Source: Candidatus Bathyarchaeia archaeon
Lineage (GTDB): Archaea > Thermoproteota > Bathyarchaeia > Bathyarchaeales > Bathycorpusculaceae
Direction of reading: 5' to 3'
Assembly: GCA_050012755.1 (NCBI GenBank)
Contig: JBEKGO010000003.1
Location: 29,168 to 93,167, forward strand
Length of the DNA: 64,000 bases
Made by a program: the position numbers and the translations under genes. Shown here piece after piece: positions 28,249 through 38,869 of this stretch. A model generated the notes under the pieces. That model was not told where the DNA came from. It did no database searches and worked only from the letters and a program-made list of their open reading frames with translations. Each line of letters starts with the position of its first letter. The stretch's first letter is position 1.

Positions 28249-29553
28249 TTATTTTCCGAAAAAATCAGACATATTCATCTGCTTAACCGTTTCACGGGGA
28301 CGCTTAGGTTTAGGTTCGATTGTCGGGGCTTCGCTGTCTAAAACTAGCTGTCCATAAACGCCGTCGTATCCTGGAGTGACTTTGGCTGTGCCGTTTCTGA
28401 CTTTTAGGATAGCGTGAGCAATTGGTGCATCAACAATATTGGCTAACGCTTGCAAGGGCGCGTCAATTAGTACAGTGTACTCATCACCGAAGTTTTCAAC
28501 CAACGAGGTATAATTCTTCCAGACTGCCTGTGTCGAAGGCGAATCAGTGCCCAACACCGCCGCAATTATTTCCGATAGCGGCAACAAACGCAAAAACCCC
28601 GGAGCACCTTCACGTTTGAAATTTACAGGTCGGTCAGCGAGCTCCTCAACGCGTTGTTCTACGCCTTTAGTTAGTTTTCTGCGGCAAACTGGGCAGATAT
28701 TATTGAATTTTATTGCTTCCTGAGGCGAGAGGGACATTTTGCAGTTTCGATGTCCCGTCCAATGATACTTGCCATAAGCAGGGTCAACTTCAATGGTATA
28801 CTTGAAGTGTGAGGCATCATTGCTTTTTATGGCATCAATTACTTGCCCGTAGCTGAATTTTTCTATTTCAAAAACGTTGGCTTCCCTGCCAATACGCCAT
28901 GGCCAAAAACTGTGGCAGTCGCTATTTGAAACAAGTGCAAATTTGTCCAATTTGCTGAGGCGCCAATTCATGGGAGGGTCAGAGGAGAGCCCCGTTTCCA
29001 AGGCGTGGATATGTTTGGTCATGTCTTGGTAGCAGTCTTCTACGGTGTCGAAGCCGCTGAATGCTCCAAAAATGCTGTACCATGGAGTCCACGCGTGGGC
29101 TGGGAAAACCATGTTTTCGATGGACACAGCCATCACCTGCTCAACAAGCTGTGCCGCCGTCATGTCTAAAATTGGTCTGCCATCGGAAGATAAATCGCCA
29201 AAACTTTTCAGTCGTTCATTAATTTGAATAACAATCTCCATGCTTGGCGCCAAAATGACGTGGTGAATTTTTTTGGATTCGCCCTTGTAATCGAAGATGG
29301 TGCAGGCTTCGGTTGTAAGCATAAATCGGACTGGTGAATCAGCGTTGGCTTTTAGCTTGAAAAGTCCTGTGTTTTGTTCAGGCGTTAAGGTTTCGTTGAT
29401 TTCTTTGAGCCATTGCGGATGGGTAAAGTCGCCTGTACCTACAAGGTTTAGGCCTTTGATTTTTGAGTAACGGGCGATTTCGAGAATGTTCATTTGTTCG
29501 CTTGCCGCTCGACTGTAACGTCCATGAATGTGCAGGTCAGCTATGGCTCTCAT
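28249..29553 (-). CDS. Endonuclease Q family PHP-domain protein
   Basis: DLHIHGRYS, GTGDFTHP, PAHAWTPW, NSDCHS, GKYHWTGHRNC, CPVC, PGYDGVYG. Confidence 0.9.
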   Translation of the reverse strand: MRAIADLHIHGRYSRAASEQMNILEIARYSKIKGLNLVGTGDFTHPQWLKEINETLTPEQNTGLFKLKANADSPVRFMLTTEACTIFDYKGESKKIHHVILAPSMEIVIQINERLKSFGDLSSDGRPILDMTAAQLVEQVMAVSIENMVFPAHAWTPWYSIFGAFSGFDTVEDCYQDMTKHIHALETGLSSDPPMNWRLSKLDKFALVSNSDCHSFWPWRIGREANVFEIEKFSYGQVIDAIKSNDASHFKYTIEVDPAYGKYHWTGHRNCKMSLSPQEAIKFNNICPVCRRKLTKGVEQRVEELADRPVNFKREGAPGFLRLLPLSEIIAAVLGTDSPSTQAVWKNYTSLVENFGDEYTVLIDAPLQALANIVDAPIAHAILKVRNGTAKVTPGYDGVYGQLVLDSEAPTIEPKPKRPRETVKQMNMSDFFGK

Positions 29554-29637
29554 GCTTAACGCCTCATTGCTAACGTAGGCTCTATCCGTTTTAAGGCTTC
29601 GCAAATTCGCGCTAAAATTGAGGAACGGTTAATCGAT

Positions 29638-30204
29638 TCATTGCGGCTTACGTTTCAACGTGTTAGTCCATGTCACGAGCGCTTCAATAAGCTGCCGAAT
29701 AAGCACTTTTGTTTGCTCATTAGTTAACCTGCCATTGGCATCTACATTCTCAGCCGCAGAGGCTAACATAACTTCAGGCTGATTAAATGCATGTATATTT
29801 GTCATGATAAACGTCTGTCGAAGGTGATACTGTGCCCTTGCTCCACCAAACCTTCCCGTTGACGCGCTCATAATGGCGACTGGTTTGCCTTTAAGAGCAT
29901 TTTCCTGAAATGGTCTTGAAGCCCAATCAAGCGCGTTTTTTAGAACTCCAGGAATAGAGTAGTTGTATTCTGGTGTGGCAATTAGAAGGGCGTCTGCATT
30001 TCTGATTTTTTCTTTGAATTCTTTTACTCTTTGGGTTGGAGTGTTTTCAAGGTCTTGGTTGAAGGGTGGGATGCCTTCTAAATCGAAAACTTCAATTGAC
30101 ACATTTTCAGGGGCCAGTTCCACTGCTGCGCGGACTAAGGCTTTGTTATAGGAGGCTTTTCTTAAGCTGCCAGCGAAGGCAAGAATGTTGAATTTTTTTT
30201 CCAA
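29638..30204 (-). CDS. NADPH-dependent FMN reductase (ChrR-like)
   Basis: GSLRKASYN, TPEYNYSIPGVLKNALDW. Confidence 0.93.
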   Translation of the reverse strand: MEKKFNILAFAGSLRKASYNKALVRAAVELAPENVSIEVFDLEGIPPFNQDLENTPTQRVKEFKEKIRNADALLIATPEYNYSIPGVLKNALDWASRPFQENALKGKPVAIMSASTGRFGGARAQYHLRQTFIMTNIHAFNQPEVMLASAAENVDANGRLTNEQTKVLIRQLIEALVTWTNTLKRKPQ

Positions 30205-30352
30205 AAGAAATCACCGCTAAAGGCATTCGAAAATAAGCAGTCGAGGGGATTTAAAGTTAGCCATTGATTGCTGCGTCACTTTGTGTTTTTCGGTTTTGAA
30301 ATCTTGGTTTGATGCAATATTCTTTTAAAGACGCGTCAAGCATGGTTACTTT

Positions 30353-30751
30353 ATGCATGAATGGGCTTTAGCTGAAGCTATTCTTACATCGGCGAAGCAG
30401 ATTGCAGAGCAGGAAAAACTCAAAGAAGTAACAGAGGTCACCATTAGGGTTGGTGAGCTCCAGCAGGTTGAACCCCCAATTCTGCGTTTCGCTCTTTCAC
30501 AAATGAAAACTGAGACATTTAAAAACGCTAAATTTCATATTTTGAAAGCTAAGTCAACGCTTAAATGCAGAGTTTGCGGGACCACATGGCAATTTAACAT
30601 TAAAAAACTTGATAAAACCACTGCTGAAGCTATCCATTTTGTTCCGGAAGTAGCGCACACATACATTAGGTGCCCTAAATGTGGCAGTTCTGACTTTGAA
30701 ATCGTCAGTGGACGTGGAGTTTGGCTTGAGAATATAAAAGGAGCTAAATAA
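30353..30751 (+). CDS. hypA: Hydrogenase nickel incorporation protein HypA
   Basis: MHEWALA, CRVC ... CPKCGS. Confidence 0.93.
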   Translation: MHEWALAEAILTSAKQIAEQEKLKEVTEVTIRVGELQQVEPPILRFALSQMKTETFKNAKFHILKAKSTLKCRVCGTTWQFNIKKLDKTTAEAIHFVPEVAHTYIRCPKCGSSDFEIVSGRGVWLENIKGAK

Positions 30752-30753
30752 GC

Positions 30754-31500
30754 ATGGCTGATCCGCGAACAAGCATAATTAACGAGCGTTTGGCGCGGAT
30801 AGGCAGAATTATTGCCGTTTCAAGTGGAAAAGGCGGCGTCGGCAAAAGCATGGTTGCAACCACGCTCGCGTTAACCTTGGGACAGAACGGCTGCAAAGTA
30901 GGCTTGTTTGACCTAGACTTCACCAGCCCATCAACACACTTAATTCTTGGCGCCCATAAGATGCATCCGCAAGAAGAAAAAGGCTTAGTTCCGCCAAAAG
31001 TTCATGGCTTAGAATATATGTCCCTTGTCTACTTCGTCGGCGAAAAACCGGCACCCTTGCGTGGGGCGGATGTTTCAAACGCACTTATCGAACTCTTGGC
31101 AGTTACACAGTGGGGTACGCTTGATTTCCTGATCATTGATATGCCTCCAGGAATCGGTGATGCAATTCTCGATTTGGTACGCCTGGTTAAGCATATAGAA
31201 TTTTTAATAGTAACAACGCCTTCGCTTTTGGCTTTTGAAACAGTCAAAAAACAAGTAGCGTTGCTGTGCGAGTTGAAAATGCCAATTATCGGCGTCGTTG
31301 AAAATATGAAAATGGATGTGTCTGAAGGTGTAGGAGTGGAAACGGGAAAGCTGGGGCTAAAATATCTCGGCGAAATCCCATATGACCCACAGGTGGAAGG
31401 CGCCATTGGCAACGAAAAAGAATTGCTCAACACGGCCATTGCCAAAAAACTAAGAAAAGTAGCCAAAAGCATAATGCTGATGGAAAAGAGAGAACCCTGA
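30754..31500 (+). CDS. Mrp/NBP35 family ATPase
   Basis: SGKGGVGKS, DMPPG, VENM. Confidence 0.92.
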   Translation: MADPRTSIINERLARIGRIIAVSSGKGGVGKSMVATTLALTLGQNGCKVGLFDLDFTSPSTHLILGAHKMHPQEEKGLVPPKVHGLEYMSLVYFVGEKPAPLRGADVSNALIELLAVTQWGTLDFLIIDMPPGIGDAILDLVRLVKHIEFLIVTTPSLLAFETVKKQVALLCELKMPIIGVVENMKMDVSEGVGVETGKLGLKYLGEIPYDPQVEGAIGNEKELLNTAIAKKLRKVAKSIMLMEKREP

Positions 31501-32252
31501 TGGCGTGCATTAAAGCAATGATATTCGACTACATTGGCACACTAGTAAACTGCAAAGGCTACACTATGGACGCTTCAAAACAAAATCTGCACTTAGCATT
31601 GGCTGCTGAAGGCTTCGATGTTTCCAAAAGCAATTTTCTACGAGCCTACGATTTAGCCCATGAAAAATACCGTGTTATACGCTTTGAACAGTTAAGAGAA
31701 GTAACCAACGCTGTGTGGGTGGCAGAGGCGCTCAGCAATTTGGGCTTTGAGGTGACAGCGGATGATTACCGAATTAAATGTGCCCTAAATGTTTTCTTCA
31801 AGGCCTACGTGGATACGTTTGAGTTGAGAGACGGGGCAAAGAAACTGCTCAAACAAGCAGGAGGGCAATGCAAAGTTGGCTTAATCTCAAACTTCACTCA
31901 TGCACCAGTTATCTACTCAAGCCTAAGAGTGCTAGGCATAAACACGTTCTTCGATGTGGTTGTGGTTTCAGAGGAAGTTGGGTGGCGAAAACCAAGCCCA
32001 AAGATTTTCGAAGACGCCCTAAACAGGCTCGGGATTGAGGCTAAAGAAGCGGTTTACATTGGCGACAGCCCAATCGAAGACATCAAAGGCGCAAAAGAAG
32101 CGGGACTAAAAACCATATTTGTGCCATCACAATTCAACACATTAAAAGACCTATTTCAAAGTCGACAAAAACCAGATTTCATCACAAGAGATTTGGAGTC
32201 AATTCTTAGCCCCTTGGCTGAAATTACAGGTTTAACAAACTTTAAATCATAA
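31500..32252 (+). CDS. HAD-family hydrolase
   Basis: FDYIGTL (atypical second Asp), SN, KPSP, GDSPIEDI. Confidence 0.85.
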   Translation: MACIKAMIFDYIGTLVNCKGYTMDASKQNLHLALAAEGFDVSKSNFLRAYDLAHEKYRVIRFEQLREVTNAVWVAEALSNLGFEVTADDYRIKCALNVFFKAYVDTFELRDGAKKLLKQAGGQCKVGLISNFTHAPVIYSSLRVLGINTFFDVVVVSEEVGWRKPSPKIFEDALNRLGIEAKEAVYIGDSPIEDIKGAKEAGLKTIFVPSQFNTLKDLFQSRQKPDFITRDLESILSPLAEITGLTNFKS

Positions 32253-32263
32253 AAAAGAAGAAT

Positions 32264-33505
32264 TTAGATTTTCTTCTTTGTAACGGCATTTTCCAGTGCT
32301 ACTACGCCTGGGAGTTTTTTGCCCATAAGGAACTCAATTAACGCGCCGCCTGCTGTGCTTATGTAACTGATTTTTTTGTTTAAGCCGTATTCTTGTATGG
32401 CTGCGATGGTGTTTCCTCCGCCTGCGAGGCTGAATGCTTTGCTGTTTGCAATGGCTTCAAAAACTTTTTTGGTGCCATAGTTGAATTCTTTGTTTTCATA
32501 AACGCCCATTGGTCCGCTTACAACTATGGATTTAGCGCTTAAGATAATTTTTGAATAGTTCTCGACGGTTTTTGCACCTATGTCAAAGATTGAGTATTCA
32601 GTTGGCAACTTGTTTACGGGGATTTCTTTGCGTTTTCCATTCATGTCTAAGGCAACATCAACGGGCACAACAACCTTGCCGCCATACTGCTCCATTAGCG
32701 CTTTTATGCCTGGAATTAAGCCTGTTAATTCTTTCTTTGCTAGAAAATCCATGTTCTTCTTGCCTAAATCGACGCCCTTAGCTGCAAGGAACAACTGTGA
32801 AGTGACACCGCCAAGAAGCACGTAATCCGCTATGCCGTTGCCGAGAACATACTTGCTGATTTCAAGGCTATCGTCGGCTTTTGCTCCACCCATTAAGTAC
32901 ACCGAAGGTTTCTCAGGTTTTTCTAAAGCTTTGCTTAAGCTTTTTAGTTCTCGTTCCATTATTCGCCCAGCAGCGCTCGGCAGAACTGCAGTGAAGCCAA
33001 CCATGGACACATGTCCGCGGTGAGCTGCAGCGAAAGCATCATTAACGAATAAATCTGCGAGCGGTGCAAGGTTTTGAACAAGTTCAGTTTTGCTATGCTG
33101 TTCAGGCGTGCCGCTTTTAGTCTCTCCATCCCATGAACGTACGTTTTCAAGAACTAAAATTTCTCCACCCTTCAGGTTCTTGATGGCTGTCTTTGCTTTT
33201 TCACCAAAAACATCGTCAACGTATTTTACTGGGCATTTAAGGATTTTTTGAAGGATTGCTGCGTGTTCTTTTAGAGGCGTGTAATCTGGGTCTCCTTTTC
33301 GTCCTTGATGCGCCAAGACAACCGTTTTGGCGCCTTTTTCAGCGAGTTCCTTGAGTGTTGATTCAGCATGTGCTCTTATGCGTACATCGCTTGTGACTTT
33401 CTTGGTAGCTGGGTCGATTTCTGAGTTAAAATCTACTCTTACCAGAACAACTTTGTTCTTCACATCAAAATCGTCTAGGGTTTTATACTTAGCCATATTC
33501 TTCAC
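32264..33505 (-). CDS. pgk: Phosphoglycerate kinase (archaeal type)
   Basis: RVDFNS, AHQGR, NDAFAAAHR, GGAKADD, STAGGA. Confidence 0.96.
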   Translation of the reverse strand: MKNMAKYKTLDDFDVKNKVVLVRVDFNSEIDPATKKVTSDVRIRAHAESTLKELAEKGAKTVVLAHQGRKGDPDYTPLKEHAAILQKILKCPVKYVDDVFGEKAKTAIKNLKGGEILVLENVRSWDGETKSGTPEQHSKTELVQNLAPLADLFVNDAFAAAHRGHVSMVGFTAVLPSAAGRIMERELKSLSKALEKPEKPSVYLMGGAKADDSLEISKYVLGNGIADYVLLGGVTSQLFLAAKGVDLGKKNMDFLAKKELTGLIPGIKALMEQYGGKVVVPVDVALDMNGKRKEIPVNKLPTEYSIFDIGAKTVENYSKIILSAKSIVVSGPMGVYENKEFNYGTKKVFEAIANSKAFSLAGGGNTIAAIQEYGLNKKISYISTAGGALIEFLMGKKLPGVVALENAVTKKKI

Positions 33506-33558
33506 TTCTATTAGTCAGAAAAGAAAAAGATAGGAAAGATTTAAGCTTGTTTGCTTGC

Positions 33559-34578
33559 TTAAAAGCCTGCTTTTTTGCCGATCATTTCGATGAATTCAAC
33601 CATGCGGTTGCTAAAGCCCCATTCGTTATCGTACCATGCGAAGACTTTAACGAAGTTGCTTTTATCGCCTAAGACCATTGTTAATTGAGCATCGAAGACT
33701 GCTGAGTAAGTGCTATGAAGGACGTCGGTTGAAACGATTGGGTCTTCAGTGTACTCTAAAATTCCTTTAAGTGGGCCTGCTGCTGCTTTCTTCATGGCTG
33801 CGTTAATGTCATCTTTGGTTACGTCTTTGCCTAATATAGCGGTTAAATCAACGATTGATACGTCTGGTGTAGGCACACGCAGTGAATAGCCATTCATTTT
33901 TCCGGCGCAACTTGGCAAAACTAATCCGATTGCTTTTGCTGCACCAGTGCTTGTTGGGATAATGTTGATTGCTGCTGCTCTTGCTCTTCGGGGGTCTTTG
34001 TGGACGAGATCCTGGACTTTTTGGTCGTTTGTGTAGCTGTGGCATGTTGTCATGAAGCCTTTTTCTAGGCCAAAGTTATCAGATAATACTTTGCTGATTG
34101 GTGCTAGACAGTTTGTTGTGCATGAAGCGTTGCTTAAGATATTGTGTTTTTCTGGGTCATACGATTTATCATTTACGCCTAATACAAAGGTTGCATCTGG
34201 GTTTTCTGCTGGCGCGCTGATTAGAACCTTCTTTGCTCCTGCTTGAAAGTGTTTACTAGCACCTTCACGGTTGGTAAACAAGCCAGTGGATTCTACTGCT
34301 AGGTAAACTCCAAGGTCTTTCCATGGGAGTGCCACCGGGTCTTTTACGCTGAGACATTTAAGGGTCTTTCCGTTGACGACCATGTCGTTGCCGCTGACTT
34401 CGATTTTGCCGGGGAAGTGTCCGTGGATTGAGTCATATTTGAGCAGGTGCGCGTTTGTTTTGGCGTCTGCAAGATCGTTGATTGCTACGAAATCAATTTT
34501 TGCGTTGCGTTCGATTGCTGCGCGGTAAAGAAGTCTTCCAATTCTTCCGAATCCGTTAATTCCTACTTTGATTGCCAT
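33559..34578 (-). CDS. gap: Class I (bacterial/eukaryotic-type) glyceraldehyde-3-phosphate dehydrogenase
   Basis: [34 protein letters not shown]. Confidence 0.95.
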   Translation of the reverse strand: MAIKVGINGFGRIGRLLYRAAIERNAKIDFVAINDLADAKTNAHLLKYDSIHGHFPGKIEVSGNDMVVNGKTLKCLSVKDPVALPWKDLGVYLAVESTGLFTNREGASKHFQAGAKKVLISAPAENPDATFVLGVNDKSYDPEKHNILSNASCTTNCLAPISKVLSDNFGLEKGFMTTCHSYTNDQKVQDLVHKDPRRARAAAINIIPTSTGAAKAIGLVLPSCAGKMNGYSLRVPTPDVSIVDLTAILGKDVTKDDINAAMKKAAAGPLKGILEYTEDPIVSTDVLHSTYSAVFDAQLTMVLGDKSNFVKVFAWYDNEWGFSNRMVEFIEMIGKKAGF

Positions 34579-34731
34579 AATTTCACCATTTTCAGGGTTT
34601 GTACAAGAACCTTTGTCTTTATTAATTTTCCGACGGAAGAGCGGCAATAGGTAGCAGGCTATAAGTTTAGTGGTTTAAAAAAGTAGCAAATTTGTGTGCT
34701 AGGATTTGGCATCAATTGAACACGAAATTAT

Positions 34732-35112
34732 TTAGTAAATTCCGCCTTCCCTGAAATAGTAGTATTCTTCTTTTTTAGGACCAAAACTTCTAAGACCTTG
34801 ATCCTTTAGTTGGCAGCGCAGTTCATCAGCATACTTTTTAGTTATTTCTCCTTTTTTTTGCAGAAAAGCGATTATTTCTCCTGCTTGCGTTTCCGTGTCA
34901 CATCGGCGAATAAAATCTACAGCCGAAGGGTTAAAATGGCGCAACTTATCAGGCAAAACCGTAGGCTCAAATTCCTCTTCTTCACATTCAGCATTTTCGA
35001 TTGCTTCAGCGTTTTTTCGAACAGCGTCAATTGGAACTTTGACTTCTCCCTTTTCAAGTTCGTTGTAGAGATGTGGAAACATTTTCTTAAGAGATTTTTT
35101 ATCGATTGCCAT
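34732..35112 (-). CDS. DUF2095-like conserved archaeal protein
   Basis: FPHLYNEL, NPSAVDFIRRC, GLRSFGPKK..YY. Confidence 0.75.
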   Translation of the reverse strand: MAIDKKSLKKMFPHLYNELEKGEVKVPIDAVRKNAEAIENAECEEEEFEPTVLPDKLRHFNPSAVDFIRRCDTETQAGEIIAFLQKKGEITKKYADELRCQLKDQGLRSFGPKKEEYYYFREGGIY

Positions 35113-35192
35113 TGTTCATCAGTTGTTCAAAAATAATTATTGAAACGGTTATTTATGTGCTTTTTTGATGTAAAATCAAGATTTTCCCAGAG

Positions 35193-35801
35193 TTATGACG
35201 GAATGAATTGTTGGGTTGAGTTTTCGTTGATTATTTTTTCAAGTTCTTTGATGCTTAATCCTTTCATCATGTCGCCAAAGATTTCGCATTTTCTATTTTT
35301 ACCAGCTTCCTCTCGGCTTCGAACCACTATTTCAAGTCCATATTTACTTAGAGTCTCACCGTAAATGTGAAATGAAGCAAAAGTTGTCCCACGCTTGTTC
35401 ACTGTCGTCCAAACTGTTTTCAAAATCTTTACATCTGCCTCTTTAAGAGCTTTAACGATTACTTCAGGTTCATCTGCATAAACTGCAATGTCAATATCGC
35501 TTCCCTGCTTTATCGTTCCCCTCCAAACGCTACCAATCAAAACTGGGCAGTAAGCATCAAGAATCTTCATTATCTTCAGGGCTTCTTTTCGCATCTCAAT
35601 TAAGCGTTCTTTTCTTTTTGAGCCTTCGTTTTCTTCAGCTATTTTCTCGAGTTCCAATGCGACTTCAAGGTTAGAAGGCAAAAAGTGAGAACCCAACGTT
35701 TCTGCTGCTCTCACCTTAGCTTGCTTGTATTCCCTTTCAGCGCCAAAATAAAGTAAAGTAGCCGCTTCACGAGCAACTTTGCATTTTAAGTCAGCGGTCA
35801 A
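35193..35801 (-). CDS. Nucleotidyltransferase-domain protein
   Basis: EYKQAK...LPSN N-terminus, LIGSVWRG...SDIDI motif. Confidence 0.85.
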   Translation of the reverse strand: MTADLKCKVAREAATLLYFGAEREYKQAKVRAAETLGSHFLPSNLEVALELEKIAEENEGSKRKERLIEMRKEALKIMKILDAYCPVLIGSVWRGTIKQGSDIDIAVYADEPEVIVKALKEADVKILKTVWTTVNKRGTTFASFHIYGETLSKYGLEIVVRSREEAGKNRKCEIFGDMMKGLSIKELEKIINENSTQQFIPS

Positions 35802-35820
35802 TTAGACACCTAGCGTTGCA

Positions 35821-37071
35821 TTATCGTCTTGCAATTGTTTCGTAAAGCGATATCGTTTTTTTGGCGATTCTGCTCCATGTGAACTCGGCTAAAACTCGTT
35901 TTCTTCCATTTTTGCCAAGCAAATTGCGTCTCTCAGGATTTTCTAAAGCGCTGATTACTCCCCATGCAATGTCGGATGGGTTGTTTGGGTCTATATGGTA
36001 GCCGCATTGTTCTTCACCGCAGCAAATTACTATTTCCCGCATTCCGCTAACGCCTGCAGCGCCAACGACAACTGGCTTCTCCATACTCATTGCTTCTAAA
36101 GCAACAATTCCGAAGGGTTCGTAATGGCTGGGGAAAACTGCTACGTCGCATGCTGCATAATGAATAATTCTTTCTTCTTCTGGGATGAAGTCAAAACAGA
36201 ATTTAACGTATTGGTCAAGCCGCATGGTTCTAGTTAGGTTTGTCATGTATTCTTGAAGTTCACCTACACCCACAACAACAAGTCTTGCGTTAGGAATCTT
36301 TGTTAGAATGTGCGGCATCGCCATTATGAGTTTATCAACGCCTTTTACACCTACGAGCCTGCCGAGGAAAAGAATCATCAATTCATTATCACTAATGCCA
36401 TATTTGCTTCTGACTCGTTTAATGTCCTCAGCCGAAGTGTTCTGCGGATTATATTTTTGTGGGTCAACACCGTTATAACTTACTTGAATCTTGTCCCTTG
36501 GGAAACCAAGCTGTATAAGCTCATCCTTCATAGCGTACGATACTGTAACAACCATATCAGCCATTTTACCAGCACGTAACTCTATATTGCTAACTACGTC
36601 TGAGCCGTTTCCTAAGGTTCGGCCTTTCTCAGTTGAGTGAACATGGAAAGCCAACGGCAAACCTGTTTCTCTTTTAACTGTAATTCCACCCATTGCTGAA
36701 AGCCAATCATGGGCGACAACAACGTCGTATTTCATGCCTTCTTTCTTAATCAACTCATTGATGAGTTTAGCTGCGGACAAATAATTATAAACCATAAGTT
36801 TGCCGAAAAAATGTAATCCTCTTCCCCATTTCTTAATGTCTTCGGCGATAACATCTGGAAGTGAGTCTGAAATATCAATGTGTAATGGACGATGAATCTC
36901 AATTCCACGCCAAATTTCTCTAGTCGGTAAAGAACCTGCGTCATCATTCATAGTAAAAACTGTTACATCATGATCTTCCAAAACAAACTTTCTTGTTATC
37001 TCGGCGGCGTAAGTTCCCAATCCACCAACAATTTTAGGGGGATACTCGTAAACGAAAACAGCAAGCTTCAT
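35821..37071 (-). CDS. GT4 glycosyltransferase (glycogen synthase-like)
   Basis: YEYPPKIVGGLG, AHDW, GRLVGVKG, EPFGIVALEAM. Confidence 0.92.
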   Translation of the reverse strand: MKLAVFVYEYPPKIVGGLGTYAAEITRKFVLEDHDVTVFTMNDDAGSLPTREIWRGIEIHRPLHIDISDSLPDVIAEDIKKWGRGLHFFGKLMVYNYLSAAKLINELIKKEGMKYDVVVAHDWLSAMGGITVKRETGLPLAFHVHSTEKGRTLGNGSDVVSNIELRAGKMADMVVTVSYAMKDELIQLGFPRDKIQVSYNGVDPQKYNPQNTSAEDIKRVRSKYGISDNELMILFLGRLVGVKGVDKLIMAMPHILTKIPNARLVVVGVGELQEYMTNLTRTMRLDQYVKFCFDFIPEEERIIHYAACDVAVFPSHYEPFGIVALEAMSMEKPVVVGAAGVSGMREIVICCGEEQCGYHIDPNNPSDIAWGVISALENPERRNLLGKNGRKRVLAEFTWSRIAKKTISLYETIARR

Positions 37072-37192
37072 TCTGTACCGTCACCAATTTACCATTAGCA
37101 TTGGCAATCAATATACTAAAAGCTTTACTTATTTGCCAAAATTACTTGAAACCGAAAAACCAAAAAAAATCTAGCGAAAAGTTTGATTAGAC

Positions 37193-37792
37193 GTGTCTAC
37201 AATACCATTAACAGTAAGGTGTCTGCAAATGAGTTTATCACCTGTCAAACAAGAGATACTGGAAACAATGCTCCTTAATGAAAAACCAATGAAAGCCATA
37301 GAAATTGCAAGTGAGAGCAAAAAGGAGTTTCCACCAACTATGATGCATCTTTTAGGGCTTACGAAAATGGGCTATGTCTCTTCACCTGAAAAAGGGCGAT
37401 ATGTCATAACTGAACGGGGAAAGAGTGCTTTGGGTGTACCTGAAATCACAAAGGAGAAAGCTACAGCTATACTATCTTATGCCGCTCATGATAAAGCCTT
37501 CAATTTCTATGTTACCATCGGGAAACCATTAAGCCTTCATGCACATAACCTGAGAGATTTCGCCAACAAACTTGACAAAGCAGACTTAGCTTCAGTAGAA
37601 TTTCATTTGCAACGCGGCGATTTTGAAGCTTGGTTTAAAATGCTCGGGGACGAGGAATTAGCCAAAAAAACAGCCCTTCTGAAAAAGAAAAACGCAGTTG
37701 GCGAAGACATGCGAAAACAACTGCGAGGCATCGTTGAACAGCGATATCTTAATCTCGCTAAGTTGGCGGGTCAACCAGTACCAACCGAATAA
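37193..37792 (+). CDS. Winged-helix plus DUF5752-like domain protein (start probably 37229)
   Basis: N-terminal wHTH (GRYVITERG); C-terminal 'FNFY...VEFHLQRGDFEAW'. Confidence 0.8.
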   Translation: MSTIPLTVRCLQMSLSPVKQEILETMLLNEKPMKAIEIASESKKEFPPTMMHLLGLTKMGYVSSPEKGRYVITERGKSALGVPEITKEKATAILSYAAHDKAFNFYVTIGKPLSLHAHNLRDFANKLDKADLASVEFHLQRGDFEAWFKMLGDEELAKKTALLKKKNAVGEDMRKQLRGIVEQRYLNLAKLAGQPVPTE

Positions 37793-37879
37793 CAACTTTT
37801 TTCTTTAAGCAATTTACTGCAAATTCTTCCTAGCAAACTTAATGGATTAAGTGAAAAAAAATAGAAGAAAGAAAAAGGG

Positions 37880-38863
37880 CTAAGTTATTTGACTGTATAC
37901 CGGGTGTCCTTTAAACTTCAAAATAGTTTCTGATCTTTCAATGGTTCCGCTCGGCAGCCTAGTGCATATAGATTTCACAATCGCTCCGGTCGGAATGAAC
38001 CGTACACCGTCAAGCATTTCACCTTTAGTTACCCCAGATGCTGCAAAGATCATTTCATTGCCCTTCGCCAATTCGGCTTCATTGTAAGTTTTATCAACGT
38101 CGACTCCTTCAGCTTTCAACCTGTTCATTCGGTTTGCATCGTCTTTTTTGTCTTTCCAAACCTTAACCAGCATGGTTCCGCCAAGACATTTTATGGCTGT
38201 TGCAGCAATGGTTGCTTCTGCCCCTGCGCCGGCACCGATGAGCAAGTCAATGCCTGAGTCAGGTAGACAAGTCACCATTGAACCTGCGATGTCACCATCA
38301 GTAATTAAGATGATTCTGACACCCATCTTTCTAAGTCTTGAAAGCAAATCTGCATGCCTCTCGCGTTCCAGCATAATTACGGTGAAATTCGAGAGTTGCA
38401 GTTTTTTGCGGTCAGCAACAGTTTGTACAATTTCTTCGATAGACATGTCGGGTGAGATTTTGCCCTTTGACAAGCCGTTGGTTGCTATCTTAAAGTAGTA
38501 TCCATCGTCTGGCAAGACCTGCAGGCAACCCGCGGGTGCGCATGCTAGTGCTGATATGGCATCTTTCTTTCCCTTGGAGGTTGCGGTTGTGCCGTCAACT
38601 TGGTCGATGACAAATTCTACTTTAGGACCGTTGCCGGTGCCGACTTTTTCTTTGTAGCTGAATGCTGGGGCGTTGTCTTTTGGTCCCTCGCAGCAGATAA
38701 CTTCGCCATCTACTTCAGTTTGGTTTAAAACAGCTCTTGAAAAGTCCAGTGCGGTTTGGTCAACTTTGTCTGGGTCTCCTTTGCCAATGTGGAGAGCTGC
38801 TCCCACTGCTCCAGCGATTGTGATTCTTGTTAATGATGGGGACAGAGATCTTAATGATGTCAT
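37880..38863 (-). CDS. glpX: Class II fructose-1,6-bisphosphatase (GlpX), divergent
   Basis: CEGPKDNAP, DQVDGTT, RERH, DGDIA, SGVTKGEMLDGV. Confidence 0.85.
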   Translation of the reverse strand: MTSLRSLSPSLTRITIAGAVGAALHIGKGDPDKVDQTALDFSRAVLNQTEVDGEVICCEGPKDNAPAFSYKEKVGTGNGPKVEFVIDQVDGTTATSKGKKDAISALACAPAGCLQVLPDDGYYFKIATNGLSKGKISPDMSIEEIVQTVADRKKLQLSNFTVIMLERERHADLLSRLRKMGVRIILITDGDIAGSMVTCLPDSGIDLLIGAGAGAEATIAATAIKCLGGTMLVKVWKDKKDDANRMNRLKAEGVDVDKTYNEAELAKGNEMIFAASGVTKGEMLDGVRFIPTGAIVKSICTRLPSGTIERSETILKFKGHPVYSQIT

Positions 38864-38869
38864 TTTTTT

